NCBI RefSeq assembly: GCF_006345805.1
Contig: NC_043013.1
Span: forward strand, 47,678,001 to 47,742,000
DNA: 64,000 nucleotides
Reading direction: 5' to 3'
From: Octopus sinensis
Taxonomy: Eukaryota
Part shown: positions 53,128 through 64,000 of the stretch, piece after piece
How positions within the stretch are numbered: position 1 is the stretch's first letter
Layout of the letters: each line of letters opens with the position of its first letter
Translations under genes and position numbers: made by a program
Notes under the pieces: generated by a model
What the model saw: only the letters and a program-made list of their open reading frames with translations
What the model was told of the DNA's origin: nothing
Databases searched by the model: none

Positions 53128-54676
53128 CTATGTATCTATGTATTTATGTATGTAGGTATACACACACACCCACATATATATATATATATATGTATGTATG
53201 TGTGCGTGTGTGTATTACATACACATACATATAATTTGTATGTATATGCGTGTGTGCGCGCGATGCGCGTGTTATTTAAGAATAACGGGATGTAAGGAGA
53301 TTAAATGAAATGACTGTGATGACATATTTTTAACGAATCTCATTTTTAAAGAAGATACAATATATAAACACATGTAGAAGTCATCCGTTCTGTATCATCT
53401 AACTTGCATTTATCAAACATGGAAATGCATTTATTATGCCACATTATAAACATGATCATGATGAAATAGTATATTTTATAATGAAATATGGGGGTGGGCA
53501 GAGGTGTCAACATTCTTCTTTATGTCTATATTTTAGGTTAGTTATCAACTGTAGGTTAAAAGTCATGTACATTAGAAGGTTCGAACCCAATAGCCATATT
53601 GCGATTATGAGTGTCTCAAAGGAGTGAGTGTCGTGGAGTTCAGTTACATCCAACAAACACTAAAGTTTTTCCCAAAACCCAGGGTTTTTATAACTGCTCA
53701 ACTTGACTTAAAAGAATCGAAATCCATTACAAATATTCTTTACGTAACTTTTTAGAATCTTTATATGAGCAGTTATATTAACCAATGGGAAAACGACAAT
53801 ATTTCTTCGGCAATACGACATTACGTCATATTGCCAATTGCCACCAATTCGCGCCTTATTTCAAAATGACTAAAATGGCTACTTGCTACATGAGAAAAGG
53901 ACGCTTGGTAGAAATATAATTTACAAATGTCTGTTAGAGATAAAAGGAATTTATATAGAGTAACTTTACATTAAGGAGTAAACGTAGAATTGTCTGTAAT
54001 TCAGACAGTGTCGTGGTCTCCCAGCAGGTAAAATGGAAAACGCGTTATCCAGGAGGATGGGGAGGAAATTCCGCTGGAAAAGCGACTCTAACTCACGTAC
54101 TCACACTTGGTGATAGCCATCTCCACCCCGATAGTGGAAAGCAAGGATATGGTCGAGTGTCCGAGAGCACCAGAGGCTCGACCTTATGCCTGCCATCTAC
54201 GATAACGTGCAAATGTGATAATGACAATCCTAGCAAAACTAATTTAAGCCACCATGGCAAATATCAAGAGGTTTGTCTCGTTCGAGCTCCCCGACTCAGA
54301 AGCAAAGAAAGCCCAGTACGTCTATGAGTCAAAAATGCCCAGTGCGTCAAAATGCTCGAACCAAGCAAGAAGATCAGCAGTTGGCTCCTTCTTGACTAGT
54401 TCACAAGATAGGTATTGCTTTTTATCCTATCGAGGGGCCCATCTATCCTCCAGTAACCACTTTTGAGACACTAACCAAGTGTTGATGGATTTATCACCGA
54501 TGTCCTGATCGTAAAACAGGTAGTTCTTGTCTACATATTTACCAGTAGTAGAATCTTTTTTTATGCGACCTGATTCCTGTCATCATAAACACCAGATTTT
54601 CCAGGATCATAAAATATTTCAGTTATGATCAGTTGATGAACCACTTCAAGATACAAATGCAACAGCATTTATGACA

Positions 54677-55004
54677 GACCCCAGTGCGTGACTGGTACTT
54701 AATTTATCGACCCCGAAAGGATGAAAGGCAAAGTCGACCTCAGCGGAGTTTCAACTCACAACGTAACGGCAGACGAAATACTTATTTCTTTATTACCCAC
54801 AAGGGGCTAAACATAGAGGAGACAAACAAGGACAGACATAGGTATTAAGTCGATTACATCGACCCCAGTGCGTAACTGGTACTTAATTTATCGACCCCGA
54901 AAGGATGAAAGGCAAAATCGACCTCGGCGGAATTTGAACTCACAACGTAACGGCAGACGAAATACCGCTAAGCATTTCGCCCGGCGCGCTAACATTTCTG
55001 CCAG
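54677..55004 (-). mobile_element. SINE S1 full copy followed in tandem by a partial S1 copy starting at the internal GTATTT
   Basis: Full copy ~55004 to 54782 ends AAAGAAATA; then AGTATTTCGTCTGCCGTTACG... repeats the internal part down to 54677. Confidence 0.88.
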
Positions 55005-55174
55005 AGACAGAGAAGAAGAGATAAAGATAGAGTGAGAGAGAAGGGGAAGGGTCCATTGAACTATAAAATTAACTACGCAGTGCAACAGATGTACCCTGTC
55101 AAACATATAATATGAGCAGTTAAGGTGATAATGAGGAGACACGTGACTTTGAACGAGATTTTCTGCAGGAAATC

Positions 55175-55579
55175 TCTCTCTCTTTTACTCTTTTACTTGT
55201 TTCAGTCATTTGACTGCGGCCATGCTGGAGCACCGCCTTTAGTCGAGCAAATCGACCCCGGGACTTATTCTTTGTAAGCCTAGTGCTTATTCTATCGGTC
55301 TCTTTTGCCGAACCGCTAAGTGACGGGGAGGTAAACACAAGCATCGGTTGTCAAGCAATGCTAGGGGGACAAACACAGACACACAAACACACACACACAT
55401 ACATATATATATACATATATACGACAGGCTTCTTTCAGTTTCCGTCTACCAAATCCACTCACAAGGCATTGGTCGGCCCGGGGCTATAGCAGAAGACACT
55501 TGCCCAAGATGCCACGCAGTGGGACTGAACCCGGAACCATGTGGCTGGTTAGCAAGCTACTTACCACACAGCCACTCCT
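55175..55579 (-). mobile_element. SINE S2, full copy
   Basis: Collinear with the other S2 copies. Confidence 0.9.
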
Positions 55580-57323
55580 ATGTAGAAATGTTTGCAATCA
55601 TGACACTATTTGTATTCATCCGAATTTTTGTGCCAGTAGAAAGTTTACTATAATGCTATCGTCACTGTATAAGTTAGAATTCTTTGGACAAAAAATACAC
55701 TTCTTCTAATATTCCTAGATCATGTTTCCTTCTGATGATACATTTCATATTTGTTTTTGTTTTTGTTACTTTTTTCTTGCACTAGAACTTTCTGTGATTA
55801 GAACACATATTGTAACGAAGGAATATTTAGTAGAATCGTTCATATTTGAACTGTCAAGTTTTTCGTTTAGAAAACTGACATAAAAATAAACTACATCCAA
55901 TCTTTTCTGGCTTAGGGACAAAACTATATCAATGTAATTAGTAGACATCTTACATTAAAAGTCTACTTTCCTTCTTATATTTTTCTTCCATTGACTGCAA
56001 GCATAATTTGCTATGTTGCTGTACGTTTTTACTTGCAGATGAGTCTTAATGGTAGAATACTGATGAATGCAGGCACGGTTCGGTGGCTAAGGAATTCGCT
56101 TTGCATTTAGGGAACCCCAAGTATCATCTCATTTCTAGTATCTTGGGCGGAATTTTTTCGTATCTGTTTGGGGAAATTATGTAGACAGAAATTGTAAGAA
56201 TATCGAATAATTTCAATTCATTCAAAAGGCTACCTTTGTTACAGAGTGCCGCACCGATTCTGTCTGACAATAATGTTGAGTGTACAACCGTCTGTGAAAT
56301 ACTTAACCACTCAAAGTATAGTTGATTGTACTATTGTGGTACTAATCGCAGAAATCGACGGAGGATAGATTTTATTACTAATAACATTTAACATTTTTAA
56401 TATTGTTTGTGATAAGCTCATAACCAAAGTAACACACATATATTTACAATTCTATTCAAAGCATTCAACAAAATAAACTAAAGGAATATTTCATTGCATT
56501 TAGTTTATGTTTTTTTTCTACCTAATGCGAACTAGTTTTTCCAAGAGCTTAATTGCAACGAAGTATATACTTCACCACAATATATATTTAACAAAGATAC
56601 ACTATACAAGATATTCAAGTACATTTCTTATAATGTGAAACCCCACAAAATTAAAACCTTATATAGGTGTAAAAAATTAAATGTGCCTAATGTTTTCAAA
56701 ACAATAAAGATGTTATTTGTGTTAAAAGGCAAAAATATCCTGCAACGAACTTAGAGAATATTCTCCTAAAAATCATGTTTATTTTCATGCTTTATTTCAC
56801 TGGTATTCATATTCGTTTTCAGAAAGGAGTTTAGCCCCAAACTTCTGCTCTATTCTACAATCCTTTCATTGCTTTAAACAACGACATTATAACAATTAAC
56901 AACAATACGAAACTGGAGCCGATTACATTTCAAATGTTTTCTCATTCTAAGGGACTCTATTTTGAAGCGAAAACGCAATGTCACGAGAAAATACTAAAAC
57001 AGAAGGCTTCCGGACAATATAGATTATGATTATTTTAAACTAATTTAGTAAATTGTTTTAAATAAATCATTTTTTTTTCTCTTTCATTTTGCAAACGAAA
57101 TATTATTGAAGATATTAAGAAATTGCAATTTTCGAAATAACTAAAATTAGAGAAAGAACCATTTTCTATTAATTGTTATAATAGATTAAGTCAAACATGT
57201 CATTTTAAAGTCATTTTGTAGAGAAAGCTATAAATATATAACTTTAATTCCCAGTGTTTAAACTGAAATAATTGAGAGAAACAAAACTATATATCCAATC
57301 CGACTCTGTGTATCTGTGTATGT

Positions 57324-57374
<51 letters not shown>

Positions 57375-57544
57375 AATGTATGTATATAAACATATAAGTT
57401 TATCGATATACTCGGGCAAATAATAAAGAGCTTTATTATCTCATATACATGGAGACGAATATATAAACATGCATGTTCACATGCCCGTGTCTTCATTTAT
57501 ACGCATATACGCATAAACACCAAAGCAAACATACACACCCGCAC

Positions 57545-57599
<55 letters not shown>

Positions 57600-57921
57600 C
57601 ATATATATGTATATACATGCATACATACATATATACATACATGCATACATACATAGATGCATGCATACATATATACATACATACATACATACATACATAC
57701 ATACATACATACATAATACATACATACATACATAATACATATATACATACATATATATACAGCAGCTAAAGTTAGATAGAGATAAAGAAAGAGAGAGTAT
57801 TTGTTATGAAGAAATACAAAAGAAAGATGTTTCCCACAGGAAATCAATTGAGAACCAGTTTGAATTTGAGAAGATATTATTCACTAAGTATCTGAATAAA
57901 TTAATTTCACTATTTCTATAG

Positions 57922-57967
57922 GATATCGGAGATATAAAATGAAACGCTTTGTACTCAATTTTCCGAG
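57922..57967 (+). CDS. Candidate 46-nt exon (GYRRYKMKRFVLNFP)
   Basis: Acceptor ttcactatttctatag|, donor GAG|gtaaga, one open frame. Too short to identify. Confidence 0.2.
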
Positions 57968-58899
57968 GTAAGATTAGGGAGATGTTCGTTTTGCATTGCT
58001 TCAGCTTTAATGCGCTAGAAAACACGATAAAAGGTATACACTAAAAAATAGGCCTGTGTTTTGAAGTTTTGTATGAATGAAGGCACTCTGCATAATAGAA
58101 AGAAAAACAACAACACTAATATGGTTTCTAGCGTTTAGCATTCTTATAGGTAAAAGTAAAAAACTAAAAGAAATAGAAAAACCAGAAAGAAATGAGATTA
58201 TTTTGAAATATGAAATTATTTGAAATTTGAAAGACCCTAAATTATATGAAAGCAATAACGTATAATAACTGAAGGAATTACAGAATACGTGAATATGGAG
58301 ATGTGTTTCAAATATGTTAGCAAGAATATCTATCCACCAAGCTTTGTGGTTACTTTTCTATTTATATGTTCTGCCATAAAACTATGTTTCTATATAACCA
58401 GATAGCGGTTGTTCTAGGACAAACACGGCGGAACTATGACTTATGTAGACTCAATAAAACTCGGGGTGTTGCTTAAACCAGAACAAACCATAACGAATAT
58501 TCATACATCCTAATAAATAAGGAAAAATGAAATGCATTTGAAAATACGGGGAGAGTATTTTTGACTATTTCTCCATCAATAAAATATATTTTACTAGTGC
58601 ATGCATATACAGCTGCGTGCCTGCGCACATACACGTGAGTACTGTCCAAATCTCCGATCAATCACATACAATCACATACGCATTCAATTGGCGTATCAAG
58701 TTTCGGGCATTTTGATTGGGTTTTGGATAGAAAATTCACAAAAAGTCGCTTCTATTGACTGGGGAAATGTAAAGATGTGCCCGACCACCCTTGGGCGGTT
58801 TTGAATGACCATAGAAAGTGCGAGCCCTCTAACTGAAAAATTGTGGATTTGTATAAAGGACACGCACGCAGACATTTTGCCGTTTATATATAGAGAGAT

Positions 58900-59289
58900 A
58901 ATACACAAAGGCAGAATCGTTAGCACGCCGGGCAAAATGTTGAACGGCATTTCGTCTGTTTTCAAGATCTGAGTTGAAATTCAGCCGAGGTCAAATTTGC
59001 CTTTTATCCTTCCGAGTTCGATAAAATAAGTACTGGGGGATCGAACTAAGTATATATTTATCTCATTTATTTGTACCAGTTATTAGACTGCGGTCACGCC
59101 GGAGCACCACCTTCAATTTTTTAGTCGAATGACTTGACACCAGTATTTATTTGTTTTTTAGAGTCAGGTACTTATTTTGTTGGTGACTTTTGCCGAACTG
59201 CTAGGTTACGGAAACGTGAACACGCCAGCACCGTTTGTCAAATGGTGGTGGGGAGAAACATACACACGCGCGCGCGCGCGCGCACACAC

Positions 59290-59342
<53 letters not shown>

Positions 59343-59410
59343 ACAGGCTTATTTCAGTTTCCATCTACCAAATCCACTCACAAGGCTTTGGTCGATCCAA
59401 GGCTATAGTA
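58900..59410. mobile_element. Decayed SINE S1 (+, 58900-59040) and SINE S2 (-, 59065-59410)
   Basis: Recognisable but diverged matches to the S1 and S2 consensus. Confidence 0.7.
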
Positions 59411-59689
59411 GAAGACAACTTTCCAATTTAACAGGCAGTAGGGCTGGAGCTGGAAGCAAATTTTTTTCATCACACAGCCCCGTGATAATTAAATCAACGA
59501 TTAAACAAAATTCTACTGTCTTTACTACTCCCAGTTGTTGAGGAAACTCAGTTGTGCTGTTCTGTTTAAATTATAACTCCAAATATTTCTCTCTTTTATT
59601 CACTTCGCATACCCGGCTGTCCCTCTTTCTGTTTTTTTTTATGTGTGTATGACATTACATTTAATTTATTCATTTACGATTCGTATTAT

Positions 59690-59900
59690 AAGTTGGACTT
59701 TAGAAAAATGTTAGATATTTATACTATCCCACTTTGTGATTGAGCTGTACAGTGCGTGTTAACGGGTCTCTTCTTGCCCCAAATCCCTAGCTTTTTCAAA
59801 TTATTCCTTAGGCATTTACTAACATGGCCTAGTGCACCAATAGATATTGGTATACTTATGAAATTATTATTAAGAGGATCTGCAGCTTTCGAAGTAGTTG
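59690..59900 (-). mobile_element. 3' fragment of an RLE-type non-LTR element (R4/NeSL-like)
   Basis: FISIPISIGALGHVSKCLRNNLKKLG...QSQSGIV*ISNIFLK resembles the FIPIIIGALG...KCL...L..LG...SISGTVKICKTFLK C-terminus (recalled pattern). Confidence 0.5.
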
Positions 59901-60060
59901 TCCATAAATATTCTGTTTTACCTGATTTTGAAACAGATGTACACATCTGCAGAGCAGCCGAATTCTATGACTGTACATGATGGTTCTTTTCTGTGTAAAT
60001 AATTATACCAGGCTTGTAATGTTACCTTTCAGCAACATAGAAATGTATTTTTGTGTTGAT

Positions 60061-60274
60061 ATTACTCTTTTACTTGTTTCAGTAATTTGACTGTGGCCAT
60101 GCTGGAGCACCGCCTTTAGCCGAGCAAATCGACCCCGGGACTTATTCATTGAAAGCCCAGTACTTATTCTATCGGTCTCTTTTGCCGAACCGCTAGGTGA
60201 CGGGGACGTAAACACGCCAGCATCGGTTGTCAAGCAATGCTAGGGCGACAAACACAGACACACAAACACACACA

Positions 60275-60341
<67 letters not shown>

Positions 60342-60500
60342 CGACAGGCTTCTTTCAGTTTCCGTCTACCAAATCCACTCACAAGGCATCGGTCGGCCCG
60401 GGGCTATAGCAGAAGACACTTTCCCAAGATGCCACGCAGTGGGACTGAACCCGGAACCATGTGGTTGGTTAGCATGCTACTTACCACACAGCCACTCCTG
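60061..60500 (-). mobile_element. SINE S2, full copy
   Basis: Collinear with the other S2 copies. Confidence 0.9.
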
Positions 60501-60580
60501 TATGTATTCAATAATAAAAGTGTTGTTTCTTTGAACTGCAAGACAAACTTTCCTACAGATGGCATTACATATTGTTTTAT

Positions 60581-60813
60581 AAGGCGGCGAGCTGGCAGAA
60601 GCGTTAGCGCGCCGGGCGAAATGCGTAACCGTATTTCGTCTGCCGTTACGTTCTGAGTTCAAATTCCGCTGAGGTCGACTTTGCCTTTCATCCTTTCGGG
60701 GTCGATAAATTAAGTACCACTTACGCACTGGGGTCGATGTAATCGACTTAATCCGTTTGTCTGTCCTTGTTTGTCCCCTCTGTGTTTAGCCCCTTGTGGG
60801 TAGTAAAGAAATA
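60581..60813 (+). mobile_element. SINE S1, full copy with perfect 20-bp TSD
   Basis: TSD GGCATTACATATTGTTTTAT at 60561-60580 and 60814-60833. Confidence 0.92.
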
Positions 60814-62744
60814 GGCATTACATATTGTTTTATCAACATCATATTGCAGTGCAAGGTGTTACCTCGATATACTTTTAGGCAGTTATTGATTGTATGTATT
60901 GTTCTTCATAGAGCAGTGGCATAATAGACAATTATGGTTGCATCTTGGAAGTTTAAGGGATTCATTTCCTTGTTTTCATCAGATATTTCGTGGCTATCTC
61001 CAGCAAAATGTAACTTTTGAGATATGATGGGAGTGTAACGGTCACAAGTCTAAGAGAAGCTAAACTCGATGTAAATAACATCATATTTCTGAAAACTGTG
61101 ACCAGTCTGACTCGTCAACACATCGGATAAAATGCTTAACCGTATCTCTTACGGCTTTTTTACATTCTGAGTTCAAATTACGCCGATCTCAGCTTTGCCA
61201 TTGATTATTTTTCAGGTTGATAAAATAAAGTACCAGTCGAGTACTAGGGTCGATGTAATCGACGTGTCCCCTACTGACAAAATTGATGGCTTTGTGTTGA
61301 TATATGCTTATCCTGCGTTCACATGATAAGTAAACAGAAAATGAGAGTTCCTTGCGCAGAGTTTAGTACCGCCTTGGAGGAAAATTATTTGCTTTATTTG
61401 TCAGTACTATTTCAGTGGTACCGTATGGCAATCAAAGATCATGTGCACTGATCCTAAGTAACCCCTTCTATTTTATTTATTTACTTATTTGTTTATTTAT
61501 TTTGTCCTAGGATGGCGTCTGTCAATATCACTTTCTGTGGAACTTTGCAGTTGACGGCAATATCTTGAGAGTTGTAATGACTATGGTGCAGACTTTCTTC
61601 ATAGACGAGTCGAGTATCCCAAATTCATTCTGGTACTGTAAATGCACTGTGGGATAATGCTTTAAGGCATATCTGTTTTACTGGTATGATATTCTTTGTT
61701 TACTGTCTTAGTTGACAATAACTGTGTATGATACACTGTCGTGAACGCTTAGATATTTGTAGCACTCATTGTGTAGAATGAGGGAGATAGAGACCACCAC
61801 CAAACTCCATTCCTATATCAGTAACAAATATTGTGACTAAACCCAGCTGTTTTTCAGCATCGTAAACATTCCAAGTATAGATCCTTACATCGTCCACAAA
61901 GAAATTAGGGGTTCCATTAATATCGCCTCCTGTTGTAAATCGTAGGATTTAATCTCTGAATGTTTATAAAAGAATATAACAAAGGGTTTAGGACCAAAAT
62001 AAACAGAATCACAGACAGACTGTCAACCGCCTCGGAATATTCCTTTTGAAATATTTATAACACCGTAAGCAATCACTCTACTTTCAATTACAGAGTGAGG
62101 ATTATAGACAAGGTTTTCTTCAAGCTTACGATAGCAGCAATTAATGCAGCAGAGACTCGTGGCAATTGCAATGACTATAGCAAACCTGAATAAAGAATAG
62201 ATTACAATGTCTTTTTGAAATCAAGCCACACTCTCGTAAGGTTTCTATGATGCTTTCTTAGTTCAGACGGCACATCTTAATTGACATCTTAAATGTCGTT
62301 CGGCGTATCTCCACACACTTTTCTTTCCACTTGCCTACTCATCAGTGACTATATCGCTACTCATGCAATGGTCTTACCCACAACTTTGATTAAAGTTTCA
62401 ATGTCGAACGTATAAGTTTTACTCTTGTTTTTTGTTGTTGTTGGTGGTGGTGCTGCCGCTGCTGCCGCTGCTGCTGCTGCTGCGGCTGATACAGTATTCT
62501 TTCTTAGCCACGTGCTCTCAAATTTAATTTCCTTCTTTCGTTCTACGACGCTATCCCAAAAGTAACCGGAAACGTTCACTGTTGTAGTTCAGACTTCCAC
62601 CGATAGGGTCCACTTGATGCGACCCACAGGCATCAGTCTGCCGACCAGCGTCATCGTTTTGATTCGTTCTGCCATGTGGTACGTCTTTGGTTTAGAGTGC
62701 GTCTTTGTTTTGCAGTGCGTCTCCCCTGTTCGTCGATTTTTGCG

Positions 62745-63455
62745 ATGGCTGAAAGGAAGGAACAGCGTGCTCCCGGGAAATTCTGTTTTCTGCTGAGGAA
62801 AACGACGGCCGAAACATTTGTCATGCTTCAATCAGCAGTGGTTTTTTACACTTTAGGAATGGTCACTTGTTGTTTGAAGACCAACCTCGTTCAGGGCCAC
62901 CGTCGACCTCCAGAAACAATGGAAACATCACGAAAATTCATGAAGTGATCTTGGAGGACTGGTCTGTCCTGTAGTTCTTGCCAAAGAATTTTGCAAATGA
63001 AAAAAGTTGCAGCAAAATTTGTGCCTCACTTGCTCACGAAAGTACAAAAGCAGTCGCGACAGAATGCATGTCGTGAACTGAAAGAACAGTTGGAATTTGA
63101 TCCAGACCTTTTTTTCGAAGGTCATCATTGGGATAAAAGCTGATACTACGGCTACAATCCGGAAACGAAGTACCAATCAAGTCAATGGAAGCATTCAATG
63201 TCATCACGCCCCCAAAAAGCGTGTCAAGTGAAGTCCAGTGTCAAGACAATGCTGATTTGTTTCATCGATGCGAAACGAATTGTCCACACAGAATTGTTTC
63301 CTCCTAGTCAAACTGTTAACCAGACATTTTACATGGCAGTTTTGAAACATTTGCGAGATGCGGTGAGACGAAAACGCCCCGACCTTTGGAAAAGTGGAGA
63401 GCGGTGGTTTCATCTCTACAATGCGCCTGCACACACTGCCTTGAGAATGAGATAG
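62745..63455 (+). mobile_element. Decayed mariner transposase (DD34D type), 3'-truncated
   Basis: MAERKEQRA..KFCFLL, EDQPRSG, KKVAAKFVPHLL, VIIGDKS*YYGYNPETK, VKTMLICF, RRKRPDLW, HLYNAPAH (HDNAPAH); no third Asp and no TIR found. Confidence 0.9.
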
Positions 63456-63719
63456 CTTTTGACTAAAACTACTATGACCTACAGTGTCTTAAATGCATCA
63501 GATCTAAGGCAAAGGAGTTTAATCGTTCCGGCTTTCAAGGGTTTAATTAATTAGATATACAACAATAGTTTATCTAGTACTAATTATGTAATCATTGGAA
63601 TAACGTTGTAAGCGTTGAAGCTAAACTGTAAGCAAAAACTGTAACCCAGAAGCAAAAGGTTTTCCGAATATTGGACTAAATCTACATATGTATATGTCTG
63701 CGTGCACGCAACACGGAGA

Positions 63720-63785
<66 letters not shown>

Positions 63786-64000
63786 ATATATACACATATA
63801 TATCCGTCTCTCTAACTCTCTCCTCTATTTATATTGATGTGTGTGTGTACGTGTTGTGTGTGTGTCTGTGTGTGTGTGTGTGTGGTGTGTGTGTGTGTGT
63901 GTGTTATCTTTCCGCAAAGTCTAGTTTTGCGCATCGTTTCCTCAGCACAAGTTGTGTAGGAGAATGAGAGAGAAAGAGAGAGAGAGAGAAAATGGAGAGA
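63720..64000. repeat. (TA)n, (TG)n and (GA)n microsatellites
   Basis: Direct reading. Confidence 0.9.

Overview
AT-rich, microsatellite-saturated eukaryotic DNA, almost certainly intronic or intergenic. The SINE families and (TA)n/(CA)n load match what I recall of Octopus genomes; this is inference and no search was run. No complete protein-coding gene, bona fide tRNA/rRNA gene or CRISPR array is supported. Nearly all long ORFs in the track are microsatellite artefacts or transposon remnants. The window is a dense record of mobile elements: two CR1-type LINE 3' ends, an old CR1/L2-group LINE, two RTE fragments, a Tx1/L1 5' half, a HERO-type and an R4/NeSL-type RLE fragment, Penelope-like elements (PLEs) and their pseudo-LTR remnants with hammerhead ribozyme motifs, Tc1/mariner remnants, MITEs, three tRNA-headed SINE families and several long fold-backs. 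The most interesting signals are: (i) a SINE and a CR1 LINE share a 3' tail with a covarying stem-loop; (ii) one SINE family inserts at GGYATT, with target starts matching its tail end; (iii) a tRNA-like Pol III cassette sits inside a PLE pseudo-LTR between the GIY-YIG ORF and the hammerhead; (iv) at least two minimal hammerheads look intact; (v) a MITE with an 8-bp TSD carries TTAGGG repeats. A few plus-strand exon-like segments may belong to an unidentified host gene (low confidence).
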